In this document: positions 36,789 through 50,500 of the stretch, one piece after another
Layout of the letters: each line of letters begins with the position of its first letter
Position numbering within the stretch: position 1 is the first letter of the stretch
NCBI GenBank assembly: GCA_037447605.1
Contig: CM074805.1
Span: 744,001-808,000, forward strand
DNA: 64,000 nt
Reading direction: 5' to 3'
DNA from: Zygnema circumcarinatum SAG 698-1b
Lineage: Eukaryota > Plantae > Zygnematophyceae
The notes under the pieces: generated by a model
What the model was told of the DNA's origin: nothing
What the model saw: the letters and a program-made list of their open reading frames with translations, nothing else
Database searches by the model: none
Position numbers and translations under genes: made by a program

Positions 36789-38017
36789 GGCCTGCTGCTC
36801 TGCAGCAGCAGACGCCGACGGAGGCAGAGAGGTTGGGGATAGGCCTCTCCCCTTCCCCTTCCTTCCGCTCCCCTTAAATTTCTTTTGAATCTATTTTAAT
36901 TCCTTTTCTATGCTATTTCGGTTGTAGCCCCAAAATTATCCATCCCCCGGACCCATGGGCTGACCGTAAAATTTGGAATTTTGCACGAAGGAAAAAAAAT
37001 TTAAAGTTCAAAAAAAAAAATTGAAAAAAGATATTGCCATTTTCTAGGGCAGCAAGAGAAGCAAAGTTCTGGACCTTTTGGAAGTTTGGCTCTGCCCGAG
37101 AAAATCATTCACGATGAAATTTATTTTTGAAAATTTTCGCTCTGCCCGAAGTGTGTTAAAAGTCGGATTCTGAGCCAATGGCTGGGTCGCGTAACACGTG
37201 CGGGTAAAAGATTCAGCGTTTGGCGCGGCATGTGCACGCGCCACGTGGCATGTCGGCTGACTTTTTAGGGCTTTTCTTCGCTACACGACAAGTGGTCGAC
37301 AAGCGGTCGACAAGCGGTCGACACCAGCCAAAACGCTCTAGCAACCGTACGATCCTTAACAGATTTTATACATGGAACCGTAAAACATGGGTTACGGAAC
37401 GGGTTACTAATCAACCACATGGAAGTCGATACATGCACTCAGTTCCGTCACTGGATTGCCGAAACATTTCCCATATTTTCAGGAACTGTGTACATAGATC
37501 CCCAGTTTCTCCCAAGTATCCTTGGTCCTCTTATGGCATGTCCTTGACATAGTTTTCGGAGTTACATTCCTTTAAAACTGAGACAACGAACGAGTTCCAG
37601 GATGACCGACTTGCCGTGTTCATTTAGGGCTATACATCTATCACAGGCAGCTGAAGCTGCAGCGGGGCCCTTGCAAAAGGAGGTAAATTCCCATCAACTC
37701 CAATGCTCGTCCAGTGATATGATGTGGTTGAGATACTTGCTTCGCTTGATGCAATACTGAAGACATAAGCCTTCTTTCGAAACATCTCACAAGGTTCAGC
37801 CATGGCAGCCATGCACAGATTTTCCAACACAGAACTGGCGGGCATTGTGGGCATGGCTCACATTTCAACAGATTTACGAACAAAAACTTGACCAGAGCTG
37901 ACGTCACCTTCTTTCATAGTGGCTCTGCACTTTTCTTCGGCATCTGCGCGGGTACTCTTTGCAATCTAGCAAAGCATAAGCCCCAAAGGGAGAGACCGAC
38001 ATCATATTCGGACCACC

Positions 38018-40135
38018 TTAAGCTGCCAACTCCGCCTTGACGAGTTCGGATCTCTGTGCCACAACATTTGAACCCCACTCCCGCAGAGCATAGTTAATGG
38101 TCAAGAAATCAAACAAAACTGGCTTCAACCTCCCTTGTCAGGCGTTGTCTAATCATCCCTTCTACGCATATACTGCGAATTCACATAATTCCCTTAGTCA
38201 CCCTATGTAATCATAGAAGAAGCCCCAGAATGAACAAATCACACTGCTGCCATGACGCGTTATCAGACACTGTACTTTAGGTCGTGTTGCACACTTTTGT
38301 GACGATGTTAATAGTTGTGAAAAATTCCTAGCCTTAATCTCGTCTCTGTGCAATGCAGACAATCCTAAAAACCCCATTGCTGCTTGGACCAGGGTATGAC
38401 AGGGCAAGCTGACATACCTTCACACGAGCCAGCATGACTTTAAATCGGTCAAAGTCAGTCAAAGCAGCACGACGCTTCTGAACCAAGAGCTTACGACCCC
38501 AGGAGCTCGACTCCCACTTGCCCTTGACATCTGCCAAATTACAAGACAGAAGAAGTTGCTTAATTCAAGTACAGGGTTTGTTAAAAAAGGACTGCTCATC
38601 GACACCATTACTCCGGGCTTTTCCTAATGCCTGGATAATATAACTAGAACAAAGCCCAGGCCGCTTCCACCTACTACGCTTTCCGTCTTTATACAGTGCT
38701 TTCATTAGGGTTCCTTCTCAGACTTGAATATGCGAAAGGTGTTTGGCTCTACTCAGAAATAATGACCGAATTGAGTCCCAAAATTGCAAAGAAACTAGTC
38801 GAGCACTGTGTCAACAACTTACGGGAAGGGATCAAAGGTAAGATGCCCATCCTCTTTCTGCAGCTTCCAATCACGCTCTAATGCAACCGAAGACTGAGAA
38901 TATTCAAAGGAACAATCCATGTTTCCAATGACTATCACCCCAGAATTACCCACATGGTCAAAAAAATGAAGTGGGAGGGCGAGGGATTGTTGCACGAAAG
39001 TACCCACCAGCGTCTGCGATGGCTGCAGTGAGCACCTTCTTCTTCGGCAACCGTTGAATTTTCACTGTGATGTCAGTCAGAGACAACCTCTTGAAGTTCA
39101 TTTGCCGCCTCACCATGTCGGGAGCATCAACCAAGGCCTGCATCGAATTCCCTTATCAGCATTGAAACATCTCTTTTTCAGTGAACTGACTGTTCTTTCA
39201 GAGACGATGATTAGTCATGCATCCCTACTAAATATCTGATTCGGCAAGGTCTCCATTGCCCGGCAGTGGTCAAATCTCGCAGTAACATGACGAGGATAGA
39301 GAAACAAAAACAGTTTAGAGTCAGTCCCTCGTCAAGCGCAACTTTGGCTCCTTGTTGAAAAACTGGCTTCCCCCAGCGATTTACTTACACGATGTCCTTC
39401 ACAGGGTTAGAGACATATACTTGCAAAATTCAGCACTATAGTGCCACTAACTAGGCCCTATGCCCTAAAGGATACGCTTGTCCATCATTTCGGATTCGTT
39501 GAGCTGGAGGGAAAGCTAAAGAGCTTTCCCTGAAACACTCATCGATTAAAAAAACGTAAAAACGGGATTTACAAAAAGGCCGATAAAAATCAAACTAGTG
39601 CTCGAGCAACTACGCTTTAATGCTGCAGACTTGAAGGTTCAGCTTAAAGAGTAACCCGCCTCTCACTCCTTCCCTCAAAGGTCAAGTTTATCAAATTCTA
39701 CTACCATTATGCACATGATATCCCTAAATATATCGATCATGCATATGCAAATACTCACTCTGTTCTGGTCAACCACATCCACAATGACGACCAGCTTGCC
39801 GTACTCCGGCCCGTAGCTGATCATCGCCACCCGCCCAACCTCCACGAAGCGCCGGAACACCTGCACCCGCACCACCGTGCAACACCCTTTGCACTGCTCA
39901 AAAACAAAAACAGTCGCAGGCTTGCAGAATTCACCCTCTCTCTCGAAAAAAAAAAAATAGTCATTCTTCCAGGATGCCCTTCAGTGCAGCGCCTGAAGAA
40001 TCAGCATCAAATCGTGTGCAGAAACATCCACGAAACCCTGAATGGCCCGCCATGAGATGTCATCCCCCATGACCCCTCTCTCATCCCTTTCCAATACAGC
40101 GGAGAAACATGGGCCCGCGGGGGCTCCCTCACCAT
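38018..40135 (-). CDS. RPL14: 60S ribosomal protein L14 (eL14)
   Basis: ATG-only first exon, then [97 protein letters not shown]. Confidence 0.97.
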
Positions 40136-40201
40136 GGCTGCAGAGGGCGCACTTGCAGGCGTCCGAACGCGAGCGAGAAGAGGGCGCCTAAGGAGACGGG
40201 C

Positions 40202-40210
40202 AAACCCTAA
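40202..40210. promoter_or_regulatory. Telo-box (AAACCCTAA) in the RPL14/PPR divergent promoter
   Basis: Exact motif about 70 bp upstream of the RPL14 ATG with GGCCC motifs nearby; typical of plant ribosomal protein promoters. Confidence 0.55.
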
Positions 40211-40490
40211 ATAGGCCGCGCGGGGTTCAGGGCCCGCCCGGGGGGTTCAGGTACGGACCGTACATTTTGTTGTTCCATGCTGTAAGCTTTGTACGGTGTC
40301 CGTACATCCTGCAGACCTGGACCTTCCATTCGCTAACTAGCTGTTGCCAGCGTGGTGAACAATACCCAATAGAAAAACGTCACGTGTATTTTTGTTGACG
40401 TGGCAAGTTTTCATTGGGCATTAGACTGTAACCTTGTACTGTTCCATTTAGGGTTTGGGTTCTGAAGGTGCGCTCGCCTGACCTGAGGCC

Positions 40491-40545
<55 letters not shown>

Positions 40546-40577
40546 GTTTGTGCTCTCTCTCTCTTGTTGCTGCCTTC

Positions 40578-43500
40578 ATGTCTGCGCTTACGGGAATCGC
40601 ATTGCCCCGAGAAGGGATATTGCAGGAGGCCCTGCTGCAGGGCTCCCTGTCTTCGTTCTTTATCGGGCGAGCCTTAAAAAGTAGAGCGAGTACTACCACT
40701 AGTGCTGAAACTATGTGCAGAAAAAAAGCTCGTCCACGCTTTCATGCCTTGTATGCAGATTCCTCCTGTCAATATGGAGAATTTCCCTCTAGATACACTC
40801 CGACAATTAGCAGTTCGGGGAGTGTTGCTGCTAGAACGCCTCGTACTCGTGGTTTCTCCCCTCTCGAAAGCCTCTCTCTCGGAACTCTTAGGTAGCACAA
40901 TAACTCCTCGTCTTCTTCTGTGCCGCCGTTCTCTGCCTGTGTGGCCTCCACTGAGAAAATGCTTGACTTCGAATGTTACCAAGAAGGGGGGCGTTCGAAG
41001 GAAAACATTTACCAATTTTAAATTTCAATCTCAAGTCTGAAACCCGAGAAGCATTTGGAGCCAAGCTTTAGTTTTTAATATTTTCATTAAACATATTTTG
41101 GGTACCTACCCTTTCCCGTTTTTGTGATACGTTTTGTAAGAAAAATGCCTTTTTAGATTCGTCGATCAAGTAACATAACGATCCTGTCCTTACTTGAGGA
41201 GACACGATCGTCATGTGCTGCAGAAGTGGCACCTCATCATCATTTGGAGCACAATCACCAATAGTTGGGAACAATTTGAACCAGCGCCCCAATCTTCAGG
41301 TCAGGTTTCTTGGTCAATCTCCAGGTTTATTTGAATGTCTTTATGGAAGGAGTCGGCGACGATGCAGTAACTATGGCTACACCATAATCATAAAATTAAT
41401 CATAATCATAAACATTACACCCCTCAAGAGGAATAAAAATCATGTGGCTGGCCCTGCATGGGTTTGGCGAAGATTAGACTTTGTGAAAAAAACACTTTCA
41501 CTGTAAGCTGCGTATGATATTTAAGACTGTTAACTCGCCTTCTCTGAGACAGACAGAAAAGTATAGAAGTGGGACTTGGTCTTAATTCCTGCTGAGGAGA
41601 ATCTGACAGCGTGGCATTTAAGCTAAGTGCTTGTAGCCTCAAATGAAACAAATAGTAAAAGATGAGAAATAGAAGCACGGTAGCTGGGTTGTTCACGACG
41701 AAGAACTCTCTTCTATCGTGAGATCAATGCCAATCATCTCCATCAATCTCTCCTAAGCATCTTATAAAATGGTTCCTCGTCATTTACGTCAATGACTTGT
41801 ACAGGCAGTATACTGCAGCACTCTAGCACTTGCAACGCCTGTGACGCTTGTAATGATCGGGCTGTTTCAGTTATGATTGTTGATCTAAAGCAATTGCAAT
41901 GAAGCCCAGCATAGCCCCTGGTTCAACTTCAACTAGCACGGCCGCCTAAATGATATCCTTGCCACCCTATACGTACGTGCATATGCTGTCAAGGGCTTTG
42001 CGCAACAATTGCGGAGACCAAGTTATCTCCCTATGAATCCTTATATTTTTGTAAGTTTCATGCTGTCTTGCATGATGATTCAGATTCCTTCATTGTGTTT
42101 GTGCAGAGATGCTTTGGCTGGCGGAAGAAGGACACCAAAAATGTATTGGGGAGGGCCCAAAAGCTCGTCAGAGTGGTAGCTCCCTATGGCCTTCCTTATC
42201 CCTCCATGGATGCATTGAACCACCTGCGTTAACGATCTGTCAGAGTTGCTTCACGGACTTTTGCTGGGACGTGCACTCCGTGTACATTGCTCCAGTTTGT
42301 TTTGAACTCACCTTGTTTGGGAGAACTTTTTGGTTGCCTAATCGCTGTCTTCTCCATACGAGGTCGATTCTTGGCGAGATTTTCTTTGGAGATACAGATT
42401 GGCTGGTAGACTTCTTAGTTGGTGTATGAGAGGCACGGCTGGCAATCCGTCGTTAGTGGCAGGGTTTAGTGGGTGGTTTGTTTTCATCTCTGGTTTTTCT
42501 AACTTGAGAGCCGACACATGCAGATCCAAGACGTCCCTGACGTGAAGGAAGAAGTTTATACAGCCTTGGATTTATGGTGTGCCTGGGAGCTCCAATTTCC
42601 AATGTTGGCACTTAAGAAAGGTCTGCAGCTGTTAAAAGAGCAACGGCAATGGCGACGAGTGATTCAGGTGAGTTGACCCTCAAGGATAGCCAAAGCCATG
42701 TTTCCGCCATGTTGCTATCTTCCACTCAGACTGGTAGAGGAGTATTTAAATGTTGAGCTTTCATTTGATGCTCACATTAAGTGAACCCAACACATAATTG
42801 CGCAAGCTGTTTGCATGGCATGTTTCCAGGTCAGTAAATGGATGCTTTCCAAGGGCCAAGGGCGCACCCTTGGGACATACAACCTCATGATTGAAGCATA
42901 CAATGAGACGGATCGTATTCAAGAGATGGAAGAGCTATGGAGCAGAGTGCTTGCAGAGAATTTGGAGTCAGTGCCACGAGCGATGTTCAACCGGATGATG
43001 AAGATCTATGAAAAACGGAAGCTTCCACTGAAGGTGTTAGAGGTGAGGTAGACCTGTGCTGCATTCTGAAAACGTTGAGCATAATGGAGGACAGATATGA
43101 GATGTGAATTCAACTCTGATCCTTTTTGCAACTGTCCACATCGACAACATCCCGTTGTCGTGGTGTTGGGGAGGAGATGGCGGAGGGAGGAGGGAGGAGG
43201 GAGGGGAAAGTGGGAGAAGGAAAGTGAGAAACAGATGGAGAAAAGGGATGGCTGATGGTTAAGGTTTCACATGCAGGTCTTTGGCAGCATGGATGCCATG
43301 GGTATCAAACCGGACGAGGTAATCCTTGAGCGTGTAGAAGGCGCTCTTACAGCTGTGGGGGCACCCGCCAAGGCGGAAGAGTTGCGAAGGGCATATCCGT
43401 TGCTGAAAACGGAGTATCGTTACGTGAATGGTGTGAAAAGAAAAGTGAGAGTAGCGGATTTACGGAAGTGGAGAAGAGATGTTGGGGCAGAAAGCATAGA

Positions 43501-44275
43501 CCATTCAACTTCAATCGTTGGGGCCGAGGAAGGTATGGGAGTGAAGCAGTTGAGAGTGGCAATGGGATGGTCAGTTTATGTTTTCTTTGACTCACATCTT
43601 TGCTGCATTCTTTCCTTTCTGTTTTGTTTCGAAACTTGCTCTCGCATGTAAAGACATGTCTAGATGAAGAAGCATGCTCAGCAACTAACGCTTGATGGAA
43701 TCCTTGCTACTTCCTAGGATTCTTTTAGGACTGTTTATTCATACCAATCCTCGCCATTCGGTGCTTTGCAAAACCGTCGCTTTTTTTTTGAAGTTTAGTA
43801 CTGAATGCTAGGCATTCCGGATTTTGCTGCAAGAACTTGCTCAGGATTCCGTGCATCCTTTTACTTCACAGTTGATTGAAAACTCAGGATATCTAAAACG
43901 TATTTGTCTCTCTTACTGTGGGGTTCTTCAGAAGCTCAAACACGAGAAAACGACCCGGCCGCTGCTCAGCAAAACGAGGGAACAAAATCGAGCCGGGAGG
44001 GCACGAATGTCAATGAAGATGGAAGAAATGTTGGGATTGGCGAGTCGGATGGCGAAGGTATCTGGTGGGTGGGAGAGAGTGAGAGTGAAGAGGAAGACTG
44101 GCTTGATGAAGGTCCAGCAGAGAGGGCGAGGCAACATTGGAGTGAGATTACCGAAGTAGGGGAACAAGTTGCGAGAATGAAGGGTGAGGTAGATAGGGAG
44201 CTAACGGGAGACACGCGGAGGGAGGACAGTCAAAGGTTCAGAAGGTCCCGCACCTCGATAAGAACTGGGAGTTAA
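40578..44275 (+). CDS. Pentatricopeptide repeat protein, short organellar type
   Basis: Exons encode KEEVYTALDLWCAWELQFP..QWRRVIQ|VSKWMLSKGQGRTLGTYNLMIEAY..|VFGSMDAMGIKPDEV. The 5' exons and acidic last exon are less certain. Confidence 0.85.
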
Positions 44276-44535
44276 GGGCCTTGTGTCAATGTAGGTGGTT
44301 GGTTCTGCAGGTATTGGGATTCGTTATTCTTGGTCGGGATAAGTCGTTATGGTTAAAGCTTGAGAGCTGAGGGTGAGCTGAGGGTTTCGGTGTCTTTCGC
44401 AACCATTGCCTGTCATTTGTGATTATCATTGTGCCGTTTTTTTTTTTTTTTTTTTTATGAATGAAAATAAGCCGCAGCCATAGTTGAGGAAGTTGAAGAA
44501 AGCTGGACCATGAAAGCGGACCCTAACAGGCTTCC

Positions 44536-47500
44536 CTAGAGATTGACGGAACGGAGACGCGCAAATGAAAGGCACCCTAAATCATGAGCCCATGATCCAA
44601 TTTTCAAATTCCACTGTTGGGCTCTGCATTTTCCAGCCACTGCCACTTCCGGAAAAGTCTGGGTCCGGCTTCGTCTGGCCTCAAAATTCGTGTAGATCAG
44701 TCTATTTCATGTAAACCCCGAAAACAATTTCGGACTCCGCATCCATTATTCATAATGACCAGGCTCTTATAGTTATTTCTACTGATTCAAGAAGATGCTC
44801 CAGTTCTAGTATTCGCTGAGATGGTTCAAGCCACAACAGCCTTCGTGAGCGATTTTTCGTAGCGTTTTGTTAGAACCCTGTAGGAAGAATTTATTTTCAT
44901 CATGTATACCTCCACGTGTATAATGCTTTTCCTTTTGGTGCTGAAAAGTTGGTTGATCTCTCTGCCAGAGTCGACCAATGTACAAAGGAGAGATAATACG
45001 CATTGTCATCACGTGATAACAGTCTCGCGGGGAAGCTAAAATGTGTGACTCCAAGCTATATCTCCACCAAACCGCACTGAAGAAGCACCACCGTGCATAA
45101 CCAATGAAAATTACACACGCATGGAAGTGCAATTTTCGTGAATTATTTCCACTAGTCATAGGCTACACATGACTAAGTACCTGCCCTCAACCCTTGGAGC
45201 ATACCATGAACCCTAATCGCCACCATACCTCACCAAAAGACCCAGCTACTAACATAAAGAGAAGCGCCCATCTCGTCATGTATGGTCTTAGTAATCACCC
45301 ACTCCTACACTCACAAACTATCACTCCAAAACACCCCCAAAGAGGCAAGAAGAGCACACCCTCTTTATTCTCAACCTCGACATTAGCATCTAGGCTTTAT
45401 TTTTTTTCCCGAGGTTTGCTCCCGAGGTTAGCACGGCGATCGATCTCCGAGTTGGAGATATTCCTCCATGCATCGCAGCAGGGCAATGAGGGGGCCGAGA
45501 TAAGCGATAATCACGAAGCCTGTTGGGTTGTCAACCACCTTCAAGGTCCAGGAACTGCATTACGAGAACACCATATTAGCTAAAAAAAGTGTCTGAAAGA
45601 ACGGAATTTCAATCTGCGACACTTTAAGACTGATGTCAGTTCTTTTCTTTGAGTTTGTGTTGACTCGAATAAATTTGTAGGTTGGATTAATTGAACAATG
45701 GTAGAACTTGGAGTCAGTACTGCTCACAAGTCCCATTGCAGTCAAAAGAGAGAAGAATGTGAAGCACATTCAAACTAGAAGTGGAATAGACAACAGGATC
45801 AGCTTACCTGACCGATAAATTAAAATTTGCTATGACATGAACTCATCACTAGTGTAAACTTGACTTGTAAGTCTCTGCTACAAAGTGCAGTCATCCAATA
45901 TCCCACTTTTCACACACACCCCGAACTTCACCTCCTCCCCCACTCATTTGAATTCGACATCCATTCAAAGCAGCCACCATGCTGTACCAATTGATCCCTT
46001 TCCATCCATAGTCAGAAGTGCAAAAGTAGTGCACCCTCCGTACCTGGCCAGCTGCTCTGAAAATCCCATGTCAGAATGTCCTGTGCTTCTGATGCTCCCC
46101 CTGTTGAAGCAGTAAATCCGATAAATGCGGTATTCAAATCCTTGCATGCAGCACCGCAACCCGCCGGTTGCAGAATGTTGCAGAGCGCTGCGCTGTGTGT
46201 GAGCAATGGCTGTGACGGTTTAAGGTCGCCATCGTTGAGATATACACTCCACGACCCCAAAGCTCCATCATATTCGACCCATGCAAACTTCACACCAGAA
46301 TAGTTGCCGAGAATGTTCGTCGTTTCAGTCTTGATGACGCGTCTGTTTAGGTTTTCACGTATACCCACATTGGGGATGATAGCTGGCTCACCAAGTAAGG
46401 GATTTGGCCAAGTATCAAAACTAATTGCTGTACTGCCCACTGACCCCGCCGTCAAGTTGTACGAATATGCAAGATTTCCGCCTGTTTTTCGGCCGAAATA
46501 ACTTAGAACTGCATTTGGAGTGAGGAGAACGAATGTGATACCGTCGGCACCGCTTACATTGCCGGCGGAAAGTCGGAAAGAGAATTTGGTGGTGAAGGAA
46601 GCTGCCTGACATGCTCCATTCGCATCGTATTGTAAAAGTTCGATCGGACTTTCATAGAATGCAACTCCCGTAAGATACTTCCAATTATAGGTCAGTCGCA
46701 GCCTCCCAGTGAGGAGCTCTGCTGAATACTGACGGATTACTCCACTTGTGGACTGAAAACTCGAAAAGGAGAAACTGGCGGGAGTGCTAAGAGCTGCACA
46801 TTGCACAAGGAGAGGTCGTCAAGAATGTGAATCCATCTCGAAGAGATGCAGATCTAAGTTCGTATCGAATGCCATACGTTCAAAATATGCGAGAAACTGC
46901 CCTAAAAGCGACTCAAATCACTTAATTCTCAAACAATCTGAAAAAACTGAGGAAAAAAGGGGTACGTACGGAGCTTGCGGAAACTTGAGACGTTGAGCGG
47001 CTGCCAATATTGCCTCGATGTGAAATTCCCGCAGTTGTACTGCTGTAAAGGAGTTCCAGGATATGCATTTTCCGAACTCAAGCACAAGCCTGATTCTACA
47101 TTCTCCCACTGTACAGCAGAATCTGAAGATCGTATATTCCGGGCGACAAACGTCTGATTTGGTCCATAATGGCAATCTGCAAACCATTTCAACCTCAAAG
47201 AAAACCTTAAAACTTGAAGTAATCAGACCTTGAAGTGCCAATCAGCTGCTCAATCTGCAGCTGCAATGAGGCTTGGCATACTTTGTGGTCCTAAGACTTA
47301 CATTAACTTCACTATGCAAATCCTTCACTCCACTTTCTTAGCAGTTACGACGGTATGGCACTTTTTAACGCCTATAACATATGTATAGATGATGCCGGAT
47401 CCCAAAACCCTAGGCCATAGGGAGCTATATGTAGAACAAGTGGTTTTCTCCCATATATTATGGGAGTGAGGAACTCTCGCTCATTGAGCAGACGCAATCG

Positions 47501-50500
47501 ACTCTAGTTGTCAGGCAGGCTGACTTACCTGAAAGTAAGAGGGGACCGCTGGGAAGGTCAGGACTTAATTGAAAGCATTTGTTTCCCTGTGCTTGTTTAA
47601 AAACATATCCGCGTGTTTCGGCTAATTGAAGCACCCACAGGCCCCGCGTGTTGCTGCTTGTACCTGCAATTCCAATGCAAAGGGCACGTGATTGTGTCTA
47701 CTGACAAACGAAAAATCGTGCTGGAGAAGAGAGCAGAGAGGTCTGTCGAGAGTTTGAGGGCAAAGCAATGGACCAAACCCAAGAGAGAAAGTAATGAGAG
47801 CTCTACTTAGGTACAAAATAGCACTGTTTAACATCCATGAAAAAGTTCAATTTGCGAGAGCATCTCAGCCTCCGAATCCTCCCAAACATCCAGCTAAAAA
47901 AACGTGCCTGCTCGCAGAAATCATACCATGAAATCCCACCCATGTTCGAACTTTGAAACCTTAAAAGTGAGACTTAACCCCAACAAGCACCCGATTACTC
48001 CTTCCCATGCATGCATCCCTCATGCATCCCTCATGCATCCCCCATGCATCCCCCATGCATCCCCCATGCATCCCTCATGCATCCCTCATGCATCGCTCAT
48101 GCATCCCTCATGCATCCCTCATGCATCCCTCATGCATCCCTCATGCATCGCTCATGCATCCCTCATGCATCCCTCATGCATCCCCCATGCATCCCCCATG
48201 CATCGCTCATGCATCCCTCATGCATCCCTCATGCATCGCTCATGCATCCCCCATGCATCGCTCATGCATCCCTCATGCATCCCTCATGCATGCACATGCA
48301 TCGCTCATGCATCCCTCATGCATCCATCATGCATCCCTCATGCATCCCTCATGCATCGCTCATGCATCCCTCATGCATGCACATGCATGTCCATGCATGG
48401 CCCCCGCCCCGGCCGCCGGCCCTCACCGCTCTTCCGCACGTAGAGCGCCTTCCCGGGGTCGCTCGCCCTATCGCCGGCGGCGCGGAGAGCGGCCTTCGTC
48501 GCGCACGCAAGGGTCCCGCCGGCGGCCGTTGGCGCGCTAACGACAAAACCGACGCAGTCGCAGTCGGCCGTACAGAGGCGCTGGCACTCCACTACTGACG
48601 TCACGGCGCTCGTTGACTCGTCAAAACCGGCCGAGTCGGTGCCGGGGAAGCGCTCGTATTGGTCGAGACGGCCGTCGCACGTGTGAAAATCTGCAGAGTG
48701 ACGTGAGCAAAATGAGAACGGAAGCAGAGTTCCCAGTATTCCGCTCCGTTAACACTGTTCCATCCCGATCTGTCTCGTCTCGTTCCGTTCCGATCCGTTA
48801 AGCCCCCGTTCAACTGTCATGACAAGCGTAAACGGCACTGCGCGCCAAACGGCCCCTTTCGAACGTGATCGCACATAGAACGCCCTACGTGTCCGTTCAA
48901 CTGTACGGAACGTCAGTGACCATTCACGCTAGAACTGGCACATGGAACTGTGTGTCACGGAATGACCCTGAACCGGCTGTCGGCAGTCACTCGCTGGCCC
49001 CTTCAAACCCTGCGATCTGAAACCCTTCAAAGCAGAGGCCGGGGAGGACAAAGGCATTGGCTGAGCTCACCTTCCGAAAGTCGAATGTCAACCTCATTTG
49101 CATCGGCCATGAGGGCGGTGTGCGACCAGGTGGGCTGCATGAGGAAGCCTCCCGAGGCCGAGAGGGACAGCCATGGGAACACTGGAGAGGAGGACATAGG
49201 TAAAACATTGCAGCTTTGAGTGATGAACAACGTGATGGATATTAGGGAGCTTTTGTTACTGCTAGAATTGTAACGTGCAGTTAGAGCTGCAATCATCGTG
49301 GCTATCAATGTGTTGTGAAAGAGCTGCAGAGTCCTTTGTAGACTGCCATACAAACAACCCCGGATTGCCTCAGCTGCGATCAGCTTCATTCCACAACGGA
49401 ATCAGGTTTGGTATCTCACAAGATGAGGTGGTGGACAGCTTGAAGCACCACTTTCCGGGAACGTTGACATTCGATTCGAGGGGCAGATTTGAAATTCTTG
49501 TCGATGACAAGAGGTTCAATCCAGCCTCTTGGTTACTTGTGAAATACCCTACAACGTTCGCGGAAGCTGCATCCCTCCACGCACAGTCAAGAGGATGGTG
49601 GATCATTACGTCTCGCTTTCAGCCTCTCTTTGCTAGCAGTAATAAGGGCCATTTAATCGGGTCAAATACATTATGAAAAAGTTCATTTCTGGCAGCTCAA
49701 TGTCATTAAAGACGACTGCAGCAAACAGGGAAAGGAAACTGAGAAACCTCCAGTTCATTGATTACAAATCCGGCCGTTAAAAAAAAAAACTCTTCGACTG
49801 AGGTTAGAAGTTCAATAACCATGAACAAACATCAAAGAAATAAAACTTTCAGTTTCAGAGTTTCAGAAAACATTAAAGAAACATTTTGAAGATCGATGAC
49901 CGAAGTTAAGAGTAGCTGACCTCTCTGTATGCCACCTTTAGGGTACAGAAAGCATGTGTAGGTCTGCGGAGAGTATCCCGACGAGCTCCATACGACCCAC
50001 GCTTGAAAAGTGTTTTTCAGATCGGTTTTTCGCCTGCAAGAACGAACACATGCAATGGTGATGATAAATCCTTGAAAACACAGAAACATTTTTGACAACC
50101 GCTGTTGGACGAAACAAAAGTCGTTGCAAGGAGTTGCTTTTACTTTTTCGCTCTTGAGCTCTCGCTCACATCCGCCCATGCAACATTGCAAACACGGAGA
50201 TCAATTGTCACAGTTCCTGGGCATAAGAAAGGTTGGTGGACATGCACAAAGGGTCATGTGTTCATGTGGCAGGTATGTTGAATGGGCAGTAGACCATGAC
50301 CATACCATGACCATAAACCCATAGACCCATGAAGACCATGACCCATGTAGACCTATGTGCCACTATTTCCTCTCAAGACCTGTTCACTATGTCATACTAC
50401 TCTAACCTTCCAGCGCTCGACCTCGAACAGCGAAACGAACAGCGAAAGGCCAACAACAACATGATGAGAAACTTTCAATAGGGATTGTGCTCACGGGTAA

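Noticed and set aside
39467-39475. GTATCCTTT U12-like donor on the minus strand in an RPL14 intron
   Set aside because: RPL14 splices cleanly with U2-type sites, and about one such 9-mer is expected by chance in this window.
47904-48598. Three plus-strand ORFs with MHPSCIPHASL repeats; CRISPR-like look
   Set aside because: They are translations of an 11 bp tandem repeat with no stops and no unique spacers, lying in an intron of the minus-strand gene.
49275-49676. Plus-strand 133 aa ORF, and an apparent in-frame stop at 49370 on the minus strand
   Set aside because: The ORF is antisense to a NIDO exon, and the stop falls in the intron after the donor at 49419, so the mosaic gene is not disrupted.
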